Assembly: GCF_000143415.4 (NCBI RefSeq)
Contig: NW_003314286.1
Location: 759,766 to 823,765 of the forward strand
Reading direction: 5' to 3'
Length of the DNA stretch: 64,000 bases
From: Selaginella moellendorffii
Lineage: Eukaryota; Plantae; Lycopodiophyta
The stretch's first letter is position 1, and every line of letters starts with the position of its first letter. The notes beneath the pieces are model-generated. The model saw nothing but the letters and a program-made list of their open reading frames with translations. It was not told the origin of the DNA and searched no databases. The position numbers were made by a program, and so were the translations under genes. Positions 25,620 to 37,600 of this stretch are shown here, one piece after another.

Positions 25620-25864
25620 TCTAGCCAGTGAGAATAATTTTTAGGGTTCGTCAAGGCAATGTTTTGTCCACGTGGCGCGATTCTAGACCGGCGGTAGCCG
25701 GTTGCCATGGTGTCCCTTTAGAACAAGAAAAAAATGCGTGTAAAGGGATTCGAGAAAGGTCGATCTTTTCATTTCATTCATTCATTCATTCTCTAGGGTT
25801 GTGGTAGGGTTTTGAGAGCGCCTCGCCGGGGAGAGGCCCGGGAGAAGCAAATTCGATCGGTCGG
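25620..25864. promoter_or_regulatory. Bidirectional promoter CBL/PDCD2-like with telo-boxes and G-box
   Basis: 245 bp between divergent ATGs; TAGGGTT near 25642, 25794 and 25805; CCACGTGG near 25668; (TTCA)n tract near 25770-25790. Confidence 0.55.
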
Positions 25865-27625
25865 ATGGGGCGCCCGCTTCCGGCACACCTCACGACTGTG
25901 GACGCTGTAAGCAATCGAGCGCCGTGAGCTGCGATCTTTCTTTCTTTCGTTTGCTGAATTCTCGCTCTCAGCGGCAGGAAAATGAGAATGTCGTGCTGGG
26001 AATGCCTGGGCCATGGGCGGAGGACAATCAAGAAATGAGCGATCACTACACGAGCAAAGTCGGGGGATTGCCGGTAGAATTGGTTTCTTTTTCCTCAGCT
26101 GTGTGTGATCGTAAGAATTTCACTTGGAGCTCGCGTTTCTGGAACAGGATTGGCCGCTTGATTCTGACGAGATCGACAGCAGCTTGCTGAAATGCAGTGT
26201 TTGCGGTGGTGAATTGGGACTCGTTGCACAGGTTTAATTCATGTATACTGTGATGCCTATTCCCTGCTTGCGATTATCTTTGCTTTTTCCGTGCCAGCTT
26301 TTTCCAGGTTATCTCAAAGTTTGCTTTTGTTTCCATTTGCAGGTGTATGCCCCGTTATCGATCAACAATACCAAGATCGAAGAACGTGTGCTTTTTATTT
26401 TTGGATGCCCCACGTCTAGCTGCGGTATCAGTCCTCTCAGGTTCTTTCTACAAACAAAGCCATATATATTCAACTTGCTAGCATTCTTCCATGCAACTTA
26501 GCTTTTACTAACTAAGAACATTCCAGTTGGAGAACATTGAGGTTGCAGAAGGATGGTCCCTCGTCACCTGTGTGCTCGCCGGCTAGCGATACGCCATCGA
26601 CTTCAACCGGTGAGTCTGGTGATGATGCCGAAGCTTCATCCGCTAGAGACGATCAAAACTCGAATGATTGGTGGGAGGACGACTCCTCGTGGGCTCCTAT
26701 AGCTCAGGCTGAGAATGGGGAAGAGGCTGGGAGCATGGGATTGCACGAACTGGAAGAAGCTCTACTCGAGGCCGGATATGCTGCGGCAGCTCGACCGCAG
26801 TCACAGGCCAGTACGCGCCATGAGATACGAGAGTCCAATGAGGATGAACCAACGTCAAGCGAGGAGATTACTGAGGCCGAGTTACCTGGTAATACAACTT
26901 GTGGTTTTCGCATTTCCTTGGCACTCTTTTGAGGACGAGGCTATTGACAGATTGGTGACAATGCAGTGCTACCATGCTTTTACATCTATTCCCAGAACGA
27001 GTCCCATCCGTGCCGGGGCAGCAGAGCCGTGAGCGCTCTACAAAACTCGGAACGGCTTGTGGACTTCGGTCTGGATGCTAGTACCGGTACCGATTCCGCT
27101 CCGGCGGACGAGTGTTGGGAAGGGGAGGAATACGAACACGATAGGACCGTTTCAGCTGACAGGACTTATTTGAAGTTCAAAAAGAGATTGGATTGCTACC
27201 CGGAACAATGCTACAGGTTGGTCAGTTTGTTTCCAGTTCATGTTTTTTTGAGACTTGCTTTGGTTGAGCTCAGGTATAGTTTCGGTGGCCGTGCGTTGCT
27301 GGCGAACAAAGATCAAGGGGATCCCGGTGTTTGCTCCTTGTGTCGAGGGCCTCGTGTTTATGAGATGCAGCTCATGCCACCGCTTCTCTACTATCTGCAG
27401 CAAGCTTGTAAAGATCTCCCTTCTACGTCCTACGGCCCCAACGATTGGGAATGGTTGACAGTCATCATCTACACTTGTGCTCAGGTAGAATGAAAACCAC
27501 TGGTCGCATTTTCATTTCACAGTTCCGCTTTTTCCCAGAGCTGCTCAAGGCCACCACAGGCTGATGGTGAAAGGAAGAGTTGGATAGTGGTGGAAGAAGC
27601 TACCATTTTACAGTACGAGACATAA
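25865..27625 (+). CDS. PDCD2-like (PDCD2_C domain; Tsr4-type ribosomal protein chaperone)
   Basis: SKVGGLPDW, CSVCG..L.LVAQVYAP, YLKFKKRL..PEQCYRYSFGG, CSLCRGPRVYEMQLMPPL, WLTVIIYTC; introns inferred in phase. Confidence 0.85.
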
Positions 27626-27732
27626 AATGGATGGAGATGCTACATACCGTCCTGCATTGGATCAATCATCAATCAAGAAGCACCAAAATCGCAGCTCGCG
27701 GTTCATTCGTTTATTGTGGAGGGAGGCATTTC

Positions 27733-29793
27733 TCACTCTTCCATTTCGACTTCCACCTTGGGCAAGTCCCAGACGTCCTCAGTCGTGGCGCCAGTGATGA
27801 TCATCATCGGCTGCTGAAGTGGTGGAAGGTTAAGGAAAAGAAGAGAAAACAATGCGAGCAAGACTTTCCCAAAGGATATCATCTTCTTCCTTTTGGCCGC
27901 GATTCAGGCTGTGTTGGAGTTCTCTTTGGACCTCCGGCGTGACCTGCGTTCCATCAAACAAAACCTTGTCAATCAATCAAGTCCAGGACGAGCAACAAAA
28001 CTTTCTTCTCTCGACTTGTCTCTCACCAGATAATGCTTCTGATGGCGCATCAGTCGCTTCAAGCTCTCCTTATCGGCCTCGGTTAAAGAGTTCTTGTACC
28101 TGGCAAACTTTCGCGACATTAATAAAGAGCAAAGGAGAGAAACTTCCTTCTTTTCGGCGAATACCTCTGGACAAACGTGAGCAGGCATTGGTGCCATATA
28201 ACAGGGAGCTGGCGCTCTTCTTCCGTGAACTTCACGAAATGAGAGAGCACAGCATCGATGACACGGTGAGGCAGCGAGTACTTCTTATCTAGCAGAAGCT
28301 TCAAAAAATAGCTGCAAAGCAAAGAACAAGAAAAACTATAGAAAAGAGATGAGAGGTTTATCGTTTACCTGTTTGTACCGGAATACTCCATCTCGGCAAT
28401 TTTAAGTATCGCAACACTGGGACAAGAACAATTTTAATTTGTTCTTCTAAATATGAAGACAATGGAAAAGAACTTACCTTGAATGACCCGCAGGTATTGA
28501 TACCTTTTGAATGATACTGCCGACGATCACGGCTTCCCGCAAGTTGCAAGTTTGCGACTTGACAATTCCAAACAGTAAAAGGAAACAGTTAGCAAGCGAT
28601 TCTGTGCTCGGAAGAATCATCAGACGCTCACCAAGCAGAGAGGAAAGATGATGCCTTTGTAGAACGCGGAGGGCTTGTAGACCGATTTCTTGAGTGCTTG
28701 GTAGAGAGCAAAATGAAGTCTTTTGTTGGTCCGGATGTCTTCGCGAATTCGAGGCAGCAGCACCAGTGTATAAAACCGCGCAGCCATCCGCGAGTTTAAG
28801 TTAGAAGCGAAAAGCCGAGTTGCCTGGTACACGGCGTTTGGGGACCAGTTCTCAGGCTCTGTCAAGTAGAGAGCTTGTTCCCACTCGGCTAGAGCTGTAA
28901 CAATCTTGAAAGCTTTTGGTAACTTCCCGGCCGTGTATCGGCTTAAAAGCTTCCCAACGCTGCAGTACACATAGCACGGTTCTTATCAATGTCAAATATA
29001 AACAGAGGAAAGAACTTGCCCACGATATACGTCGATGACCTTTTGATCAAACCCGGGAACAGTTCTTCCTGCGAAAAATCGATTTTGTTTCCATGGAATG
29101 CGTGTAAACACGTTGATTCGTACCTTCATCCTTCAATAGGTCCTGCGTAGCATTGGAGTTTTGAATTTTGCTCATGATCATGTCTGTGAGCGTACGCTGC
29201 GGAGGCGCGTCCTTGGCCATGAACATAGAAAGAATGCGTTCTTCTTCTTCCGAAATCTCCTGCAGAGAAGGGAAATATAAGATCAAGCGAAAGGTCTGAG
29301 CAACATTTTCTCATTCGACTTACGTGACCTTCGGCTGGATCAAACTCGCTCTTGCTGTCAAAGATATCATCCTCCTCATCGTCAGTCTCGTTGGCGGCCA
29401 CATTCTTTTCTAGAGCCTCAAAAGCCTTGCCAGCGTTTGAGCGCTCATCCTCTTCATCCCTGTCGGCGAGAAAACGCCTCTCAACACTCGAGAGATGATA
29501 AAAAATGCGAGGACGTACTCTTCTTTCTGGATCTCTTTCATTTGTTTCCTTGCCTCTTTAAGAATTCTGCCGCTCATAGAAGCATCCACGTACTGTACAA
29601 CACGAATGTTAGCCCAGTATTCGATCAAGCAGGAAAAAACTCCTACATCGTCATTCTCTTGCTTGCTCTTGGATTTCTTGGACCTCGCCCTGCTCGAAAC
29701 CACGGTCTCGCTCTCAATTTGATCTTCCAGTGTCATCCTCGCCCTCTTCTCTTTCCCGGGTGCGGCTCCTCCCCTCCGCTTCATCCCCGCCAT
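27733..29793 (-). CDS. BYSL: Bystin / ENP1 (pre-40S factor)
   Basis: [72 protein letters not shown]. Confidence 0.93.
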
Positions 29794-29937
29794 GGCTAAA
29801 CCCTAAATAAAACCCTAGACTCTGGAGAAAAACATTAGGGCTCTTGGCTACAGACGTTTGAGTGGAAATCACGCGCGACGGCCCCATTCTGCCTGAGCTT
29901 CTACCGGCGATTGTGGAGAGGCAGGGGCGTCGAGGCC
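29794..29937. promoter_or_regulatory. 144-bp bidirectional promoter bystin/MEMO1 with tandem telo-boxes
   Basis: TAAACCCTAAATAAAACCCTAG at about 29797-29818, directly between divergent ATGs. Confidence 0.65.
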
Positions 29938-31234
29938 ATGGCGCGTCAAGCATCTCACGCTGGATCTTGGTACTCCGATGATGGTGAGCATTGTCTCGAA
30001 TTTCGGGAATTTGGGGGTGAAATTGGGGTTTTCTTGAATGTGGCAGCGCTGGAGCTTCGCGAGGAGCTGGATGGATGGCTCAAAGGCTCTGGTCTTCCAA
30101 AGAAGCCGGACGCGCGAGCTGTGATTGCTCCGTGAGTGGGAATTATTTCTTCTTTCTTGAAAATCTTGCGAGCAAGAACGTCAATTCTTGCAGGCATGCT
30201 GGATATCGTTACTCTGGACGCTGCGCTGCCTTCGCATTCGCGAATATAGATCCACAAGTCGTGTAAGTTTGCTCTTCCTTGCACGACTCTTGCTACTTTT
30301 CTCAAATTTTATCTTTGTTCCAGATCTAGAGTTTTTATCCTTGGGCCATCTCACCATCACTACACTCGCAAGTGTGCTCTTTCGAGAACTTCTGTTTACA
30401 AAACTCCACTGGGAGATCTTCCTATCGATCTAGATGGTATTCTTTCTTGCATTGGATTTCCTATAAGTCGTGAAAGTTCTTTGTAGTTTACAGAGAGCTC
30501 AAGGAAACTGGGCAGTTTGAGGAGATGCGTGTGGATGTCGACGAGGCCGAGCACAGCATGGAAATGCATCTGCCATACCTCGCCAAAGTTTTCAGCGGGT
30601 AACTCTCTCGTTTCCAAATCGTTCTAGAGTAATTGGTGTGTGGAACTCGCTACTGACTTAGACATACAAGTGAAGGGTGCCCGTGAAGATCGTTCCCATT
30701 CTAGTCGGCGCATTGTCATCTGAGAGTGAAGCTCTGTATGGGCGGCTGCTTGCAAAGTACCTCGACGATCCCTCTAACTTCTTCTCCGTCTCCTCGGATT
30801 TCTGTCACTGGGGATCACGGTAAGTCCCTTTTCTCGCTTGTTTGTTCATCAATTTATCCTTCCCGCAGGTTTGGATACACGTACTATGACAAGAAGCGTG
30901 GTCCCATTTACAAGTCCATCGAGGCTCTCGACAAGTGTGGCATGGACATCATCGAGTCCAAAAATCCGGAAGCTTTCAAGAGCTACCTGGACGAGTACGA
31001 GAACACCATTTGTGGACGCCATCCCATAGGAGTTCTTCTTCACGTAAGCTTTAGTAGCATTCCAGATCGAAAGGAACTCTCAATTTTTTTTTACTTTGTT
31101 CCATGCAGATGATACAACATTGTAACACCAAACTGGAGCTAAGATTCTTGCAATACGAGCAGTCAAGCCATTGCAAAACTTCGCGAGACAGCAGCGTGAG
31201 CTACGCATCCGCGGTGATCACGGTGGAATGCTGA
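29938..31234 (+). CDS. MEMO1: MEMO1 family protein
   Basis: [60 protein letters not shown]. Confidence 0.93.
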
Positions 31235-31649
31235 TAAGAAGGCGAGCTCTATGCTACCAAATAATTCTTTCTACTAACACACGCATTAGTTCAAATTTTA
31301 CATACTATACGACCTCTCCATCTCCAATGGACGTTGTCATTAAATGATAAGATTGGGTCCAAAGAAAGAATGGGTAAATCCTATTATTGATGTGAATGTG
31401 ATAAAAACCAGCAGCGAAAGCAATATAGCCTGGGCGAAATGATGCGAGAGAGTGGATTTGTAAAACCCTAGAAATGGAACTATGATTTCTACGTTCTAGG
31501 GTTTCGTAGCGAAGACGGGGGCTTCACAGTCGTCGGGGGGCGGCGCCAGCGCCAGCCGCCACAGATCAGCGTTGGAGGAGAGTTGGAATTGGTGGATTTC
31601 GTGGACGCGACCTCGGCAGCAGCCCCGGCAGCTGCGTCTCTTGCAGGTA

Positions 31650-34600
31650 ATGGAATCCACCACCGCCGCGGCGGTAGCGGCGAGGCAGCAGCAGCGAGGC
31701 GCCAATGGATCGGCGGATTCCGGCGCCGCTCCTCCTGCGCTGGAGGAGCCCGAGTACCTGGCGAGGTTTCTCGTGATGAAGCACTCGTGGCGCGGGCGGT
31801 ACAAGAGGATTTTGTGTATCTCCGAGTCGAGCATTATCACGCTCGAGCCGGGGAGCCTCCAGGTGACGAATTCGTATGATCTGGACACGGATTATGAGAG
31901 CGCGGCGCCGGTGGCTGGGCGCGAGGATCCATCACAACAGCAGGGGCTCGAGTTTACGATCAATGTCCGGACGGATGGGCGTGGGAAGTTTAAGTCGGTC
32001 AAGTTCTCTTCCAGGTGAGTTTGTGCGTGGCTTTTGATAAAATGCCGGTGGCTTATCTGAAGGAACAGGTCCCGTGCAGCGATTCTCACCGAGCTACACA
32101 AGTTGAAGTGGAGCAAAGGTGGCACCGCGCCGTCGGTGGCGAGCTTTTCGGTTCTTCGGCTCCGGCGAAGATCTTCTCAGTGGTCACCTTGTGTGAGTCT
32201 CTTTTTTCTCTCTCTTTTTGTTTTTTTTCATGATCTCGGGTTGGTGCAACTTGTAAAGGTGTTGAAGCTGACGCCCATTGGAGTCGAGATTCGAGATTCC
32301 AAGTCAAATGATCTTTGCTGGTGCTTGGACTTTCGGGATATGGATTCTCCTGGAATCATCTTGCTCTGTGATGCGTACGGCAAGAAGGGAGCTGAGGGAG
32401 GAGGTTTTGTTTTGTGCCCTCTGTATGGCAGAAAGTGCAAAGCCTTCATCGCTGACGTAGGAGCGTCTAACGCGGCCATAATTTCTAAGCTGGTATGCAA
32501 AGAACTCAATTGCGTAATTTATCGAATCTGTCTCTTGCAGACCAATACAGCGAAGTCCAGTGTGGGGGTCACGACTACTATTGACTCATCCCAGACATTT
32601 GGTGCGCCGGAGTTTCTTAAACAAAGAGGTAGAGATTCTTTTTGCCATCTTCAGAAGGAAATTCTAATCTTTTCGATTTTAGCCAGTATTATGGTTGGTG
32701 TAAGTGAAGCTCCTGTTGGTGAATGGTCTGTAACGAGAATTCGTTCCTCCGCGCATGGGACTGTAAATACGGTTGGCTTGACGCTTGGCTTGGGGCCAAA
32801 GGGAGGACTAGGAGACCATGGCGATACCGTTTACCGAAAGCTTGTTCTTACAAAGAGCTCCTTGGTCGAACGAAGACATGACAACTATGAGGTATTTCTC
32901 TACAGTTTGCATTCAAGCGTGATTGTTTTTTAGCTTTCTTCAAAGCTTGCCTGAGTGCATGCTGTTGTTAACAGGTCATTGATGGTTGATGGAACAGGCA
33001 GTGAGTGGTCGGCCTCTATCGTCAGTAGCAGCTCTCGTTCGATTTGCTGAGGAGCCCCAGATGTTTGCTATTGAGTTTGGTGATGGATGCCCAGTCCATG
33101 TAAGTGTTTTGCTTTTGTAAGTGCACTATGAAGCTCTTACATCAAAACCCTTTCAGGTCTATACAAGCACGTCTAGAGACAGTTTGCTGGCGGCTGTGAA
33201 GGATTTAATTCAGACTGAGGTTTGTTCGTTTCGTTTTGAGGTTTAGTGACTTACGTTGGTCACAGGGTCAACGTCCGGTCGCTGTTCTTCCCAGGCTGAC
33301 AATGCCAGGACATCGTTTAGATCCTCCCACTGGAAGAGTGCCAGTACCTTTAGTAAGCTCGCACCATCATCGTCTATTCACAGAACCGGAGGGTGAAGTT
33401 CTTCATCTCAAGCACTTGGTGGCAGCTGCAAAAGATGCGGTTGCAGAGGGTGGCTCTATTCCTGGATCAAAAGCAAGACTTTGGCGAAGAGTGCGAGAAT
33501 TCAACGCCTGTGTTCCATATAGCGGTATCCAATTATCTACGGATGTTCCAGACGTGACATACATGGCATTATTGTCGATGCTGCCAGCACCAGTTAATCT
33601 ACCAGCAGAAGCTCCCCCGCCACCTCCGCCGTCACCCAAGGCCGCAGGAACATTGATAGGTCTCATCGCGTGCTTAAGACGGCTACTTTCGTCTTCAACA
33701 GTAGCTTCGGTGGTAATCTCAATGCCAGTGGCGGTTGGAAGGATAATGGGATTACTGAGAAACGGCTCTGAAGGCGTGGCAATGGAAGCGTCCTCTTTGA
33801 TCGCCATGCTTATTGGAGGTGGGCCTGGGGATGGGAACTTCGGAATCAACAGCAAAGGCGAACGGCATGCCACCATGATGCATGCGAAGTCAGCCTTGTT
33901 TGGTAACCAGCTTCACACGACCGTCCTGGTTAACAGGCTGAAGTCGCCATCGGTCTCGACGTTACTTTCAATGGCAGTGGTGGAAGTTCTGGAAGCTATG
34001 CTCTGCGAGCCTCAAAGCGAAACAACAGACTCGTCGACTTTCATCGAGATGTTAAGACAAGTAGCTGGTTTGCGGAGGCGACTGTTCGCACTCTTCGGCC
34101 ATCCTGCGGAGGGTGTGAGGGAGACAGTAGCTGTTATTATGCGCACCATTGCGGAGGAAGATGCTATTGCTGCTGAATCCATGCGAGACGCAGCCTTGCG
34201 TGATGGAGCTCTATTGAGACACCTGGTGCACGCATTCTTCTTGCCACCTGGTGAACGTCGGGAAGTGAGCAGGCAACTTGTGGCGCTTTGGGCTGATTCT
34301 CATGCACCTGCGCTCGATCTTCTTTCCCGTGTGCTACCTCCGGGGCTCGTGGCTTATCTCCATACTCGTCCTTCGGACGACGACGAGGACTTGAAGCTTG
34401 AGTTCAGTCAAGAGACCATCTTCGGCAAACGACGACAGAAGCGGCTTCTACAAAGACGGAGGGGCCGTTTGCTACGTCCAAAGCCGGCAATTGTTACAGA
34501 GGCAGAAAGTGCTGGGCACAATGGCGATTCTCAGCTTACAGACAGCATTATAGTTACCAGAACCAGGGACGAGACGCATATAATAACGTCATCTGCGGAT

Positions 34601-37600
34601 ACTGTAGAACCATCACCTGCGGATTCGATGCAAGCTCTAGTTCCTGCTCCGGCCCAAGTTGTGGTAGAGAGCTTGCCGGTAGGCTCTGGACGCTTGGTCT
34701 GTAACTGGCCCGAGTTTTGGCGAGAGTTCAGCCTCGATCACAATCGAGCTGATCTGATATGGAACGAACGAACCCGGCAAGAGTTACGGGAGGCACTGAC
34801 TACAGAAGTCCACCTCTTAGATGTTGAAAAGGAACGATCTACCAGCATCGAGGCGCTCGGTGTTGCAGTGCCAGACGAGAATCAGACTGCTCTGAGCCAG
34901 CTATCTTGGAACTATGCCGAGTTCTCCGTCCGATATCCGAGTCTTTCCAAAGAAGTCTGTGTTGGACAGTACTACTTGAGGCTGCTTCTCGAAGGTGGTG
35001 AAGGGTCGGAAAGCCATGCTCAAGACTTCCCGTTGAGAGATCCTGCTGCTTTCTTCAGAGCACTCTACCACCGGTTTCTTTGTGACGCGGATATGGGTCT
35101 TACAGTGGAAGGGGCTGATCCAAGTGAACTAGTTGCGTCCGGGGACTGGTGCGATATGGCTGGGCTTGACGGCTTTGGTGGTGGTGGTGGCTTTTCCGTG
35201 CGAGAACTATGTGCAAGAGCTATGACCATTGTCTACGAGCAGCATTGTCAAGCTATCGGTGCTTTTGATGGCACCGCACATATCACGGTTCTACTTGACA
35301 GAACGAATGACAGAGCACTCCGGCATCGACTTTTACTTCTCCTGAAAGTAAGAAAGTATATATTTGTTTCTTTCATGTTTTTGCTGTGTCTCGTAGGTTC
35401 TAGTCAAGGTGCCCGCGAATGCTGAGGCGTGCATTTCAGTTGGGGGATGTACCTTGGTCGTGGACCTTTTGACAACTTCCCATGAAGCTTCAGAGAGAAC
35501 GTCCATACCTCTGCAATCGAACTTAATTGCTGCCTCTGCGTTCATCGAGCCTCAGAAAGTCTGGCACTATGTTGACCTGGAAGGAAAGCAAGTTGGACCT
35601 GTTGAAAAGGACTCCATCAGGCGGGCATGGTCTAAGCAAGAAATAGACTGGAACTCAAAATGTTGGGGATCAGGGATGACTGATTGGAAGCGGCTGCGAA
35701 GTATTCGTGAGTTGCGGTGGGCTTTATCTGGCCGCGTGGGTATTTTGACACCAAAACAGGTGCGTTCGTTTGAATTGCGTCTTGAATAAGCTTACGTTTT
35801 TCTTTTCAGGTTGGCGAAGTTGCTTTGTCTATTCTGCACAGCATGGTTTCTGTACACTCCGATCTAGATGATGCTGGGGAGCTTGTTGTACCAATTCCTA
35901 GAGTCAAGAGAATTCTTTCAAGCTCCCGCTGCCTTCCGCATGTTGCACAGGTAGGGTGTCTGAAGCTATTTTGATGTTTTTTTATTTTTTTTTCCTGACA
36001 CCGATTTATGCAGGCAATGCTAACGGGAGAGCCTGCCATCGTGGAAGGAGCAGCTTCTTTATTGAAGGCAATCGTTACTCGTAATCCTCAAGCAATGGTC
36101 AGGCTTTACAACACTGGTGCCTTTTATTTTGCACTCGCTTATGGAGGTTCAAACCTGAGTTCAATCGCCAGTCTATTTGCTGTCACTCATGTTCATCAAG
36201 CATTTCATGGTGGTGCGGAAGCAGCTGTTTCTTCTTCTTTACCTTTGGCCAAACGAAGTGTTCTCGGTGGATTACTGCCCGAGTCATTGTTATATGTGCT
36301 GGAAAGAAGCGGCTCCCCTTCGTTTGCTTTGGCAATGGTCGCTGATTCGGATACACCAGAAATAATTTGGACTCATAAGATGCGTGGGGAGCGTCTTATA
36401 GATCAGGTGCGTTGGACTCTTGTTGTTTGAACTTTTTGTCTCACTTTATCTCTGCAGACACTAAAACACCTTGGAGAGTTTCCGGCAAAGTTGTCTCAGT
36501 TTTCCCATTGCTTATATGAATATGCACCTATGCCTCCTGTGACATATCCAGAGCTGCAAGATGAAATGTGGTGTCATCGTTATTACCTTCGAAATCTTTG
36601 CGACGAGATCAGGTTCCCGGATTGGCCGATTGTCGAACATGTGGAGTTCCTCCAGTCTTTGCTTAGTATGTGGCGTGAAGAGCTCACGAGACGTCCAATG
36701 GATCTTTCGGAGGAAGAAGCTTGCTCTATCTTGGAAATTTCCTTGGACGAGGATGAGACATCTTCACACAACGCTGAGCCCCCTGAAGATGAAGAAGGCA
36801 AACTACCTACTAAACTTGCTGGACGGGTTGACGAGGACCTTCTTAAACGACAATACAGGAAGATGGCTATGAAATATCATCCAGACAAAAACCCGGAAGG
36901 CCGAGAAAAGTTCGTTGCAGTCCAAAAAGCATACGAGCGTTTGCAGGTATGTGTTAAGGTGGCAGTAGGCAACTGTCTCACCTCTGATGGTTTATTTCAG
37001 GCTACTTTGCAAGGACTTCAGGGACCTCAACCATGGAGATTAAGGCTGTTATTGAAAGGGCAGTGTATACTGTTTAGAAGATACGGAGACGTGTTGGAAC
37101 CTTTCAAATATGCTGGATATCCGATGCTGCTGCAAGCGATAACCGTCGATAGCGAGGACAACAATTTTCTCTCGTCCGAACGAGCTCCGCTTTTGGAAGC
37201 TGCAACAGAGCTCGCATGGTTAACGTAAGCTTCCAAGTTCAGTCAGTAGTTTGCTGGTTCTGACCGTTTTGCTCCTGCAGGTGCTTGTCTTCAGCCTTAA
37301 ATGGGGAGGAGCTTGTGCGAGATGGTGGAGTGCCTCTTCTAGCAACGCTTCTTTCGCGTTGTATGTATGTTGTGCAGCCCAACACAGCACCAAACGATCC
37401 AGCTGCGGTCATAGTCACGAACGTGATGCGGTCTTTCGCCGTAATAAGTACATTTGGAAGCGCCCTGCAGGAAATAGTGATGTGTCCGGGATTCGTGGAA
37501 GATGCTGTACATTGTGCTGAACTGGAGCTTGCAACTTCTGCTGTAGACGCTGCTCTGCAAACCATTGGTCTACTTGCTGCTTCTCAAGATCTTCAGAATA

